64,000 bases of DNA from an uncultured Legionellales bacterium (GCA_945957175.1 CAMFJL010000011.1:3830-67829), one strand, 5' to 3'. Counted from the first letter of the stretch, positions 22,964 to 31,895 are shown. The notes: generated from the letters alone by a model not told the origin. Made by a program: numbers and translations.

Positions 22964-23302
22964 CTAATCATAAAGCAGTTCATCTAAGCGCACGGTCTTG
23001 AGGCTTGGCGACGCTTTCATCAATTCATAAACAACATCGGTGATACACATCAGTCGTAAAATAGTTGGTGTTAAATCATCAAAGGCAACGCGCACACCGA
23101 TAAGCGATTCACTCGCCTCTTCATAAGTTGCACCAAGACCATAACCTAGGCACAAAGACGCTAATTGATCCGCGCGTCGCACCATCGCAGGTAATAAACC
23201 TACGTCACTAAAAACCTCTTGAGGCGGGATAATTCGGCTATTTAAGCTGAAGTCGACCTTCATTGCTTTGGCAATTTGTGTCATGGCTTTCGTGATTTCC
23301 AA
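22964..23302 (-). CDS. icmS: Type IVB secretion adaptor IcmS
   Basis: 112 aa; ...GLLPAMVRRADQLASLCLGYGLGATYEEASESLIGVRVAFDDLTPTILRLMCITDV... closely resembles IcmS. Confidence 0.85.
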   Translation of the reverse strand: MEITKAMTQIAKAMKVDFSLNSRIIPPQEVFSDVGLLPAMVRRADQLASLCLGYGLGATYEEASESLIGVRVAFDDLTPTILRLMCITDVVYELMKASPSLKTVRLDELLYD

Positions 23303-23311
23303 ACTTAACTC

Positions 23312-23584
23312 CTATCTCGAGGTATCTTGACGCCACCAGGGCTTAGCAATGATGCGGGGTCCAGCTAAAACAGAGCGCATCATACGCAAAAACACTCTCG
23401 CAGTGAATCCAAAACGTTCAAGCAACCCAAAAAACAATGTAATGGTTATTGCAAGAAAAAAAGTCCACCAGGCAATATGGCAAAAAAACAATAACATAGG
23501 CAAAGTACAACGCGCATCGATACCTAAGAATCTGGGCGCACGACCACTGTCGCGCCAATTAGCTACCACTCGCCGAATTGCCAT
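23312..23584 (-). CDS. icmT: Type IVB secretion protein IcmT
   Basis: ANWRDSGRAPRFLGIDAR followed by two TM helices. The start is taken at the internal MAIRR, which gives about 90 aa as in IcmT. Confidence 0.75.
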   Translation of the reverse strand: MAIRRVVANWRDSGRAPRFLGIDARCTLPMLLFFCHIAWWTFFLAITITLFFGLLERFGFTARVFLRMMRSVLAGPRIIAKPWWRQDTSR

Positions 23585-23739
23585 ACCTACCTCTTTTTTG
23601 ACGTCTACGCCGCTATGTCGCGCAGACCAGCAGACCGCAAGGGTCATCTTACATTACTTCAACCCTATCATTATAGAGCAAGTTGTATGTTCTTGACAAA
23701 ATGAGCCCATCTTGTTTCAATGGCAATGCCCGATGAAGG

Positions 23740-24255
23740 ATGAGCTACAAAATGAAGCAGTTACAAGTATTTTCTATAGGATTGTTGTTAACACTACTTA
23801 CCGCTTGTGCGCCCAATCCTCCCCAATCGCCCCCGGATCCCGCCTATGGTCTTGATCCTGCACTTGGCCGTGATCCTGCTGAAGCCCAGCTGGCTGAGGC
23901 TGCAACCTCTGTTAGTAAATCACTCACAAGTCTCAATGCTATCCAGCAAGCTGCCACGCCGCCAAAATATAACCCTGATCCACCCGATCCTGCAACTTAT
24001 GGCATGGCTAACTTAGTGTCACTGGATTGGTCTGGTCCCATTGAACCACTCGTTCAGCAAATTGCTAAAGCCACCGGCTATCGTGTTAACACTGTAGGCA
24101 AACCGCCCGCTATTCCCATTTTAGTGAGCATCTCTGAGAAAGATACCCCCATTGGCATTATCCTTCGTAATGCAGGTTATCAGTGCCGTAATCAGGCAGA
24201 TATTGTAGTTTACCCGAAAACGAAGACCATTGAGTTACGCTATGTGGAAACTTAA
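23740..24255 (+). CDS. dotD: Type IVB secretion outer-membrane lipoprotein DotD
   Basis: Lipobox LLTAC. It is 171 aa, lies immediately upstream of dotC and dotB, and has a Pro-rich N-terminus. Confidence 0.75.
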   Translation: MSYKMKQLQVFSIGLLLTLLTACAPNPPQSPPDPAYGLDPALGRDPAEAQLAEAATSVSKSLTSLNAIQQAATPPKYNPDPPDPATYGMANLVSLDWSGPIEPLVQQIAKATGYRVNTVGKPPAIPILVSISEKDTPIGIILRNAGYQCRNQADIVVYPKTKTIELRYVET

Positions 24256-25069
24256 TCCATTAAGGACGCTCAGTCTTGGTCTAAGCTGTCTATTACTCGC
24301 GGGTTGCACCACGTATGTCACTGCGGACAAAGTAGATACGACCAATCTTGAAGCATTACAAAGCTTGAAGCAAATACGCACGTCAACGGAGCCCGCTGGC
24401 GATGTAAATCCCATCCGCGCAGATGCTATTCGAGAAACAGCGATGACAGTGGGCGCACAAGGCGCTCTTGCTCTTCGTAGTCAGCAAATTGATGATGTTT
24501 TAAAGAAAGATACACCTTTATTGAACCAAGCTTTCAACTTTACACCGCTTATGTTACCTAATAATGTGCTGCCGCCCGTGTTAGTCGAGGCCAATACCAC
24601 TTTAAATTTACAAGATAATCAAACCATTCGCATTGCAGACAAAACCTACAGTATCGTGCAACAAGCTAAATTCATCACTGTACCACCTACATGGCGTGAT
24701 TATCTATGGATGGACTTTCCAAAACCTGAACAACCCGATAAATCGATGCTACCTAAAAATGAGGATGAAGAAGCCTTATGGCGCAGCGATGTGGCTTTAG
24801 GCTGGCGTCAAGGTATCATTCAGGCCGACCATATTTTTTCCGAAAATGTTGGCAGATTAAAACGTGATTATCGAGGCATTATGTTATATCGGCAATTACT
24901 CGATGAAAAAATGATAAACACACCTTTTGTGGCAACAACCAGTCTTGGGGTGACTGGTGGCGGTAATAATCTAACCATCAACGATCAAGTACAGCGTATT
25001 ACCAATTTGCCGCAGCTAGACCCAGATAGTAAAGATTGGCAACCCGCTGTTGCACAGCCGGTTAATTAG
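24230..25069 (+). CDS. dotC: Type IVB secretion lipoprotein DotC
   Basis: Lipobox LLAGC. It is 279 aa, overlaps the dotD end and precedes dotB. Confidence 0.75.
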   Translation: MSYAMWKLNPLRTLSLGLSCLLLAGCTTYVTADKVDTTNLEALQSLKQIRTSTEPAGDVNPIRADAIRETAMTVGAQGALALRSQQIDDVLKKDTPLLNQAFNFTPLMLPNNVLPPVLVEANTTLNLQDNQTIRIADKTYSIVQQAKFITVPPTWRDYLWMDFPKPEQPDKSMLPKNEDEEALWRSDVALGWRQGIIQADHIFSENVGRLKRDYRGIMLYRQLLDEKMINTPFVATTSLGVTGGGNNLTINDQVQRITNLPQLDPDSKDWQPAVAQPVN

Positions 25070-26237
25070 AGAGAACGGTATCATGACGACAGAAGCAGAA
25101 CAGATGTATTTGATAGAAGATGAGCCGCAGCGTTTTACCAAAGACGAGATTGATAAGCTTTTAGTTTTTTGTCATCGACAAGGCGCTTCCGATATTACGC
25201 TTCAAACATCAGAACCGGTTTTCGCAGAAATTCACGGCTTATTGTATAAATTAACCAAGCGTAAGTTAAACAATACCGAAGTTGGGGAAATTCTTAATTA
25301 CATGTACGGGCCTAATGGCACCACACAATTATTAAGCGGTCGAGATGTTGATACCCACTATGAGATCAGACCTACACGTACCGAACGCTTTCGCTACCGT
25401 GTCAATGGCACCGCTTGTTTAATCGAAGGGCATGATGGCATTCAAATTACGTTGCGAACCATTCCTGGTGACCCACCCTTACTTACCGATCTCGATATTG
25501 AACCGCAGCTAGTCGAAGCCATGACACCCGAGGAAGGCGTTGTTTATGTGACTGGTGCAACCGGTTCAGGTAAAAGTACACTATTAGCATCCATGATTCG
25601 TCATATTATTAGCGATCCTGAGTGTCATCGTAAAGTATTAACCTATGAAGCACCTATTGAATTTGTTTTTGATAGCGTACAAAAACCAAGTGCTATGGTA
25701 AGTCAAGCTGAAATTCCAAGACATTTGCCAAGCTTTGCTGCCGGTGTAAGAAATGCTTTACGTAGAAAACCCAGACTGATTTTAGTTGGTGAAGCGCGAG
25801 ATCCTGAAACCATTGCTGCGGTCATGGAGGCGGCCATTACAGGTCACCCCGTCTATACCACGCTGCATAGTAACGGTGTGGCGGAAGTTATGCGTCGGCT
25901 TGTCAATACTTTCCCTGCTGATGAAAGAAATGGGCGTGCCATCGATATTATTGAAACACTAAGACTCATTGTATGGCAAAAATTGGTGCCCACTGTTGAT
26001 GGTAAACGTACGGCATTGCGCGAATTTTTAATTTTTAATGAAGCAATTCGGGATCAACTGCTCTCAGGTGACATGGAGCAAATCACTGCCAACACTCGAA
26101 AATTATTACATCAACACGGCCAGTCTATGTTAACAACTGCGAAGCAAAAATATCATGCCGGCGTTATTTCAGAACGCACATTCAAACTGATTGAGGCAGC
26201 TGATCATTTCGCGGATAAAGATGCTGGCTTGAATTAG
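25050..26237 (+). CDS. dotB: Type IVB secretion ATPase DotB (PilT/VirB11-like)
   Basis: Walker A GATGSGKST. A secretion-ATPase fold is indicated by LILVGEARDPET and HSN. The true start may be the internal MTTEAEQ at 25083. Confidence 0.88.
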   Translation: MHSRLIRENGIMTTEAEQMYLIEDEPQRFTKDEIDKLLVFCHRQGASDITLQTSEPVFAEIHGLLYKLTKRKLNNTEVGEILNYMYGPNGTTQLLSGRDVDTHYEIRPTRTERFRYRVNGTACLIEGHDGIQITLRTIPGDPPLLTDLDIEPQLVEAMTPEEGVVYVTGATGSGKSTLLASMIRHIISDPECHRKVLTYEAPIEFVFDSVQKPSAMVSQAEIPRHLPSFAAGVRNALRRKPRLILVGEARDPETIAAVMEAAITGHPVYTTLHSNGVAEVMRRLVNTFPADERNGRAIDIIETLRLIVWQKLVPTVDGKRTALREFLIFNEAIRDQLLSGDMEQITANTRKLLHQHGQSMLTTAKQKYHAGVISERTFKLIEAADHFADKDAGLN

Positions 26238-26882
26238 ATGGATGGCTTATACCATGACAGAGCTGAGGCTGGCTGTATACTTGCCGAATCACTAAAAACC
26301 TACGCCAAAGATCCTAATGTCATTATTTTAGCGCTCCCTCGTGGAGGCATGCCTGTTGCTTATGAAATTGCTAAAGCGCTGCATGTAGCGCTTGATATAT
26401 TTATTGTGAGGAAGCTTGGCGTACCGCATAATGAAGAATTTGCTATGGGTGCGATTGCTTCGGGCGATACGGTTATTTTCAACACTGACGTTATTGAATG
26501 TTTATTTATTGGTGAGCATACCATTAAAGAAGTGATTCAAAAGGAAAAACAAGAGCTTAAACGCCGTGAGACTTTATATCGAGGGCAACGTCCACCGCCC
26601 ACAATTACAAATAAAACGATTATTCTCGTGGATGATGGCATAGCCACCGGCGCAACCATGCAAGCCGCCATCGCAGCGCTTCGCAAACAACAACCTGCCC
26701 GTATTGTCGTTGCTGTGCCCGTCGCGCCGCCCCCTATATGCGACATGATAGCAACATTGGTTGATAGCTTTGTATGTCCACTACGCCCCCCTCACTTTGA
26801 CGCCGTGGGGCAATGGTACTCCGATTTTCCTCAAACAAGCGATGCCGAAGTGATTCAACTATTAGATGCGGTTACACATTAG
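26238..26882 (+). CDS. Phosphoribosyltransferase-family protein, type I PRTase fold
   Basis: The PRPP-binding motif IILVDDGIATGATM is present. Its ATG directly follows the dotB TAG stop, so the two are translationally coupled. Confidence 0.7.
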   Translation: MDGLYHDRAEAGCILAESLKTYAKDPNVIILALPRGGMPVAYEIAKALHVALDIFIVRKLGVPHNEEFAMGAIASGDTVIFNTDVIECLFIGEHTIKEVIQKEKQELKRRETLYRGQRPPPTITNKTIILVDDGIATGATMQAAIAALRKQQPARIVVAVPVAPPPICDMIATLVDSFVCPLRPPHFDAVGQWYSDFPQTSDAEVIQLLDAVTH

Positions 26883-27018
26883 CTCTACGCACAACATGGT
26901 AATTGGCAACGTAGCTCTTTTTCAATTCGGAAAGTATCGGCGCTAGTAATTCACGACATATTTTTTTCATGGCATCTGCCCAAAAACTTTGCTATACTCT
27001 GCCGCTATTATTGCATTT

Positions 27019-27108
27019 GGAGAGATGGCCGAGTGGTTTAAGGCGCACGCCTGGAAAGTGTGTGTACGTTAACGCGTACCGAGGGTTCGAATCCCTCTCT
27101 CTCCGCCA
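27019..27108 (+). tRNA. tRNA-Ser (anticodon GGA)
   Basis: GGAGAGATGGCCGAGTGG...CTGGAAA...long variable arm...GAGGGTTCGAATCCCTCTCTCTCCGCCA. It has a class II cloverleaf with the CCA end encoded. Confidence 0.93.
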
Positions 27109-27146
27109 AAACCCTAACCATAGCCTTTGGCTATGGTTAGGGTTTT
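27109..27146 (+). terminator. Hairpin immediately 3' of tRNA-Ser. It is also the first element of the repeat unit.
   Basis: aaccctaaccatagcc-ttt-ggctatggttagggtt followed by ttt. Confidence 0.5.
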
Positions 27147-27272
27147 AATGGTTATGGTGATTTGAACCCTCGGTCGAGGGTTCGACAAAATGGCAGGATT
27201 GCCATTTTGGACGCCGCCTTTGGCGGCGCCCTGAAAGGGCGAGGACCATGGATGGTCCGAGTCAATCCCGAG
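27147..27272 (+). repeat. Structured tRNA-end-derived repeat, copy A, body ending in a pseudo tRNA 3' end (CTCTCCGCCA)
   Basis: Hairpins are gaaccctcg/cgagggttc, aaaatggca-GGAT-tgccatttt, cgccgcc/ggcggcg, gccc/gggc and ggacca-TGGA-tggtcc. Near-identical copies are listed below. Confidence 0.8.
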
Positions 27273-27280
27273 CTCTCCGC

Positions 27281-27308
27281 CAGATATAAAAATGCCGCCC
27301 AAGGGGCG
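27281..27308 (+). terminator. Rho-independent terminator after repeat copy A
   Basis: gccgccc-aa-ggggcggt followed by ATTTTTAT. Confidence 0.65.
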
Positions 27309-27542
27309 GTATTTTTATCCCCGTCATTGCGAGGAGGCCAAAGGCTGACACGGCAATCCAGACGTAAATAAACTTGGTAAAATCGTATATTTAGCTATGA
27401 GGTCTTATTAGTCATGCTTGATAACGTTTTACTACGTTAAACCTCCCATAATAACGTTACGCCTGGATTGTTTCGCTTCGCTCGCAATGACGGCATTTAT
27501 GCTTTTAACTACGTTCAGTAGAACTTTCGCAGTAACAAGCTG

Positions 27543-29552
27543 TCAGCCATTTCTTGCTACTTTAGCTTTAGGAGACACTTCCCTGTCATCACTAGGGGGC
27601 TCACTTCTTTTAGCGTTACGTGGGTATAAGCTTGCAGAGTTTGAAGTTAACACGGGAATGACAGATACGCCGGGTTGATTGCGTTCTAGATTTGAAAATA
27701 GCGTTTGCGATGTGCCACTATAGATAGTAGGATTTTGATTGATACCAGCATCCTTGGCTAAACTGCTAAGATCTACAATACATGATATGGACGAAGGTTC
27801 GATGTCAATGCACTTTTGCGTATTTTCTGATGCATCATCTTCAAATTGAATATCTCCATCCAAATATGGCAATAAAAGCTCAATCAGTAGAACCGCCTTT
27901 TTCAATTGATTATCATGGTTTCGTTGTAATAAATCGTTAATAGGTTTTAAAATATCTTGAGTCGTAGCGTTTTGGTCATCTTGTTCTTCAAAATCATTAT
28001 CATCTAAATTGAGACGGCGTAGGGTACCATTGTTTTGAAGTGCATCAGCAATGGCACAGACACCAGCATTATTAATGGCGTTACAGCTTAAATCTAAATC
28101 GATTAAAGTACTATTGCACTCAAGTGTACCAGCAAGAGCCAAAGCTCCTTCTTCACCAATATTATTATCGATTAAATTTAGACTGGTTATGCTGGTATTC
28201 TTAGTCAACGCATCGGCAAGACGGCAAACCGCTTCATTCCCCATGTAATTCCCCCCCAAATCCAGCTGGGTTAAAGTATGATTGAGTTCTAACGTAGTGG
28301 CAAAAACACTGGTACCAGTTTGACCATGGTTATCTCGCAAACTCAAATTGGTTAAGGTACTATTAAAACAGAGTGCCTTAGCGATTGCCTTGGTACCCTC
28401 AATACCTATCATGTTAGCTGTCTCAACCTGGACGCCTGGGCCTAAATTCAAGCTAGTGAGAGTGCTATTATGAGTAAGGGCAGTAGCAAGATGGATGCCA
28501 CCGTTGTCTCCTATATTATTATCTCCTAAATCCAGACTGTGAATCGTGCTATTGTGTTGAAGTAATCCAGCCAAGACGCCGACGAGGCGATCGCCCATGA
28601 AATTACTATTTAAGTCCAGAGAAGTTAAACGAGAGTTAGTAAGCGTTATCAGTGCAGATATCCCGTCCTTGCCGATATTATTGCTGAGCACTAAACTTAA
28701 ATGGGTTAAACCACGGTTCGTCTCAAGTGCTTGGGCGAGCGCAAGACACTCTGGATCACCTATTTTATCATCATCAATATCTAAGTTCTCTAAGACCAAG
28801 CTAGTTAAGTTGTCATTATATTTAAGCGCGTTGAAAAGCGTACGTAGACCTTCTGGGAAAATCGACCTCGATAGTCTGATACCTGGGGAAGGCTCCCATG
28901 GTTTTAGACTCAGTATTGATGAGGGGTAATAAGTCAGTATCTTCGTCAAGAGATAATGCGCCAAGATGGGGTGTGTATAAGTGAACTTCATAGCCTTATG
29001 GATATGAGTATCATCGTAAACGGGGGCCTCAATAAATCGAGCAAGTGTTTTAGGTTGAGAGAGCGCTTCAAGAGCGATGGATGTTTGTTTCCAAATAGCC
29101 CTGCTCTCAATATTGATTTCTGAGCTTAATTTAAGAGTTTCAATGATTATCTTTTGTGTAGCGATTGCATCGCCACCTGTCAACGAGTGTAATTGTATAA
29201 ACTGAGAGGCTAACGACATGTGTTCGGGTAGTGACATTTGCGAAGCAGAAGTAGTAGCTATTTGCGTAGGTAATTTATCCAATAGAGCATTTAAAAAAAC
29301 GAATGCTTGTTCGGGTAAAAAAATACAACCAAGAAAGGCATCTGTCATTGATATATCTGTGTGCTGGCCTTCAAACAATATAAACGTGTAGCATGGCCCA
29401 TATAAGGAGGTTAAATGCTGGTCTGATGCATACAAATATTGTTTAGCGATGCCTATCCAAGCACGAAAGAGCATCATGAAAACAGCCTCTTCTTGACTTA
29501 TACGAATGGGCATGCCAGACGTGGCTGATAAGTTTGTTGTGCTATTTGGCAT
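27543..29552 (-). CDS. Leucine-rich repeat protein with ribonuclease-inhibitor-type LRRs. Candidate secreted effector.
   Basis: More than 8 tandem repeats of about 28 aa, of the form LTxLxLxxNxIGDxGxxALAxAL (for example LTSLDLNSNFMGD, LTSLNLGPG, LTNLSLRDN). This is a eukaryotic-like architecture. Confidence 0.7.
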   Translation of the reverse strand: MPNSTTNLSATSGMPIRISQEEAVFMMLFRAWIGIAKQYLYASDQHLTSLYGPCYTFILFEGQHTDISMTDAFLGCIFLPEQAFVFLNALLDKLPTQIATTSASQMSLPEHMSLASQFIQLHSLTGGDAIATQKIIIETLKLSSEINIESRAIWKQTSIALEALSQPKTLARFIEAPVYDDTHIHKAMKFTYTHPILAHYLLTKILTYYPSSILSLKPWEPSPGIRLSRSIFPEGLRTLFNALKYNDNLTSLVLENLDIDDDKIGDPECLALAQALETNRGLTHLSLVLSNNIGKDGISALITLTNSRLTSLDLNSNFMGDRLVGVLAGLLQHNSTIHSLDLGDNNIGDNGGIHLATALTHNSTLTSLNLGPGVQVETANMIGIEGTKAIAKALCFNSTLTNLSLRDNHGQTGTSVFATTLELNHTLTQLDLGGNYMGNEAVCRLADALTKNTSITSLNLIDNNIGEEGALALAGTLECNSTLIDLDLSCNAINNAGVCAIADALQNNGTLRRLNLDDNDFEEQDDQNATTQDILKPINDLLQRNHDNQLKKAVLLIELLLPYLDGDIQFEDDASENTQKCIDIEPSSISCIVDLSSLAKDAGINQNPTIYSGTSQTLFSNLERNQPGVSVIPVLTSNSASLYPRNAKRSEPPSDDREVSPKAKVARNG

Positions 29553-29751
29553 ACGTTTCTCGTTATATTAGGGTGACCCAAATCGACATTGTTGCTATAG
29601 CAACATATTGCTCGGAGGGCTAAAATGTTGTTGAAACAACATCAATATATATCATTTACCTAATAGGATCAATGTATCAATTGATAGATTTAATTTTAAA
29701 GCTGACTAAACTAATGTCGCTATTTATTTTGCCAATGATAACTATTTGAGC

Positions 29752-29757
29752 TATAAT
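29752..29757 (+). promoter_or_regulatory. -10 box (TATAAT) upstream of AbrB-family gene copy 1
   Basis: The sequence is gagcTATAATcttattagtaagattaatgag. An identical context precedes copy 2. Confidence 0.35.
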
Positions 29758-29787
29758 CTTATTAGTAAGATTAATGAGAGAACCTAA

Positions 29788-30045
29788 ATGAATAAGTTAG
29801 CAACGACAAAACTATCCTCCCGCGGCCAAGTGGTCATACCTGAAGAAATTAGAGAGCAAATGCATCTCAATACCGGCGACCAATTCATTGTGTTTGCCGA
29901 AAAGGATGTTCTGATATTAAAGGCTATTACCCGACCTGATATCAGTGAATTTAATACCTTAGTGACCAAAGCTCGTCGTAAGGCAACAGAATTAGGCATG
30001 ACGAAAGCCTCTCTTAATGAAGCTCTTAAGAAAGTATGTAAATAA
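29788..30045 (+). CDS. AbrB/MazE/SpoVT-family DNA-binding protein with a swapped-hairpin fold, copy 1
   Basis: LSSRGQVVIPEEIREQMHLNTGDQFIV is the AbrB/MazE looped-hinge-helix signature. It is 85 aa and no toxin gene follows. Confidence 0.7.
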   Translation: MNKLATTKLSSRGQVVIPEEIREQMHLNTGDQFIVFAEKDVLILKAITRPDISEFNTLVTKARRKATELGMTKASLNEALKKVCK

Positions 30046-30059
30046 TCTATAGAATGATA

Positions 30060-30494
30060 TTACTTTACAAAAAAATCAGCACTAATACCAAAACGTTTTT
30101 TTAATCCCAATATTTGGCTTTTGGATAATGATCTTTCACCATTCAAGTACTTAGAAACATTGGCCTGCCCACCAAAAACATCTGCTAAATCTGTTTGATG
30201 CAAATGATGAGTTTTCATTAAATATTTGATCATATCAACTTCATTGATATCCTGACCAATATCAGGATAGTGTTCATTATCATACTGTTCTAAATTTTCA
30301 CCTATAATTTGCATAGCAATAGCTAATGGATGTTTCTCATTGTCTCGAATTTCATCAATGAGTTGATCTAATACTTTTTCTAGTTTTGCGTACTCTTTAC
30401 TATTACTAGGTTTTTTAAAGACATTAATAGGTAAATGAATTTTGTGGTTGGTTTTTTGATCTACATAATCAATGGCTAAAGCTGGCATGTTCAT
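30060..30494 (-). CDS. higA: HigA-family antitoxin (XRE HTH)
   Basis: C-terminal HTH (...KYLNGERSLSKSQILGLKKRFGISADFF). It is 144 aa and overlaps higB by 4 nt. Confidence 0.75.
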   Translation of the reverse strand: MNMPALAIDYVDQKTNHKIHLPINVFKKPSNSKEYAKLEKVLDQLIDEIRDNEKHPLAIAMQIIGENLEQYDNEHYPDIGQDINEVDMIKYLMKTHHLHQTDLADVFGGQANVSKYLNGERSLSKSQILGLKKRFGISADFFVK

Positions 30495-30799
30495 AGTGCA
30501 CCTCGATCTAATTTATTTTGATTATAGCGTTTACTATACTCAGCATGTGTCCATATTTCTCTGATGTAACAAAGTTGCCGATCATAATGAATAGCTGTAA
30601 TCAAACGGTAATTATTTCCACCAATATTAAAAACTGTATAGCCATTGACGGAATCAACGCTATTAAATGTTTGTCGTAACTCATTTAAGTTTTTTGCACA
30701 AACCACCTGCATCGTTAAATACCATTCTAATAAAGGAAGTTCCGCTTGCGAATTATTTTTACTATATTCCCGAATTTTCTTTTTTGAAATAACTCGCAA
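30491..30799 (-). CDS. higB: HigB-family toxin (RelE/ParE superfamily mRNA interferase)
   Basis: ...TVFNIGGNNYRLITAIHYDRQLCYIREIWTHAEY... matches the HigB family. The toxin lies upstream of the antitoxin, which is the HigBA arrangement. Confidence 0.75.
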   Translation of the reverse strand: MRVISKKKIREYSKNNSQAELPLLEWYLTMQVVCAKNLNELRQTFNSVDSVNGYTVFNIGGNNYRLITAIHYDRQLCYIREIWTHAEYSKRYNQNKLDRGAL

Positions 30800-30842
30800 T
30801 TCATACTCACTTCATTGATACTGGTTATCTACTAAGAAGTAT

Positions 30843-30874
30843 ATATCAGATTGACATATATGTCAATCTGATAT
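30843..30874. promoter_or_regulatory. Perfect 32-bp palindrome in the higBA promoter region. Putative HigA operator.
   Basis: atatcagattgacata|tatgtcaatctgatat is a 16+16 perfect inverted repeat. It lies 44 bp upstream of the higB start. Confidence 0.6.
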
Positions 30875-31037
30875 ACCTAATTAAACTTAATCAGAACAGA
30901 AGAATAACGATCAAAAGACGTCTCAATATGTCGCATGAAAGCCACTCATTGAGTATGGTACTTTTTTGGGGTATAACAGTATTAATGCATGCTGTGAAGT
31001 CACGTATGACAAGGGTTTACATTAGCAAATCAACGGC

Positions 31038-31226
31038 CTCTCTCTCCGCCAGTTATAAGAAAGCCGCCCTTTGGGCGGCTTTCTTATAACTAGGGGAAAA
31101 TAGATTTGAACCCTCGAACGAGGGTTCGACAAAACGGCAGGATAGCCGTTTTGGACGCTGTGCAACGCACAGCGCCCTGAAAGGGCGAGGGTCAGGATGA
31201 CCCGAGTCACTCCCTCTTTCTCCGCC
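31038..31226 (+). repeat. Structured repeat, copy B. It holds a pseudo tRNA 3' end (CCTCTCTCTCCGCCA), a terminator-like hairpin (aagccgccc-ttt-gggcggctt) and a divergent body.
   Basis: About 80% identical to copy A. Its hairpin loops carry AGGATA and AGGATG. Confidence 0.75.
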
Positions 31227-31392
31227 CTAACCATAGCCTTTGGCTATGGTTAGGCTTTTAGTGGTTATAGTGATTTGAACCCTCGGTCGAGGGTTCGACA
31301 AAACGGCAGGATAGTCGTTTTGGACGCTGTGATTGCAAAGCGCCCGAAGGGTGAAGGCCATGAATGGCCTGAGTCAATCCCTCTCTCTGGCC
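31227..31392 (+). repeat. Structured repeat, copy C, directly abutting copy B
   Basis: ctaaccatagcctttggctatggttagg hairpin plus body ...gagtcaatccctctctctggcc. Confidence 0.75.
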
Positions 31393-31858
31393 GTATATTA
31401 TTTATACAGATCTAAAGGGCAATTAATACGTCAACAACATCAATATCTATTTTGTATAAACCGCACTTTCAGATTCGGCCTGACAGAAATAAGGCAAATC
31501 CACTACCTCCTCCCATTTGACAATGAGTGTGGTATTTGAACTAAAGTATTTTGCAGTGATTTTTCGTGAAATTGACTTACCGTTATCTGCCCCATACTGT
31601 ATTAATATAAATAAGTGCGCCAGTGATAAGCTTTTCTTGATATGGTGTTACATTTCCATCTGTTTCTGTAACAAGACTGTTAGTATTTTGTGCAAACGTG
31701 GAAAGACTCATAAAAGATAAAAACAAGAGTATCATGAATTTTATTTTCATATTGTCTCTGTATGGTGGTGATGTGTTCTAATGTTAACACAGAGGACTAT
31801 TGCTTATTATGAAAACTCTCCATATTGATTTAGTTTTGCTAATAATAAAGATTTGCGC

Positions 31859-31864
31859 TATAAT
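31859..31864 (+). promoter_or_regulatory. -10 box (TATAAT) upstream of AbrB-family gene copy 2
   Basis: The promoter context is duplicated (gcgcTATAATcttatcagtaagattaatgag). Confidence 0.35.
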
Positions 31865-31895
31865 CTTATCAGTAAGATTAATGAGGAGTCCTCAG

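Noticed and set aside
27114-27371. ORFs 27114..27302 (minus) and 27162..27371 (plus); likewise 31022..31234, 32264..32485 and 37804..37989
   Set aside because: All run through copies of the structured repeat, and in different frames in different copies. The repeat is conserved at nucleotide and secondary-structure level, not at protein level, so it is non-coding.
27418-28929. Plus-strand ORFs 27418..27678, 28051..28248 and 28597..28929
   Set aside because: They are antisense to the 669-aa LRR gene.
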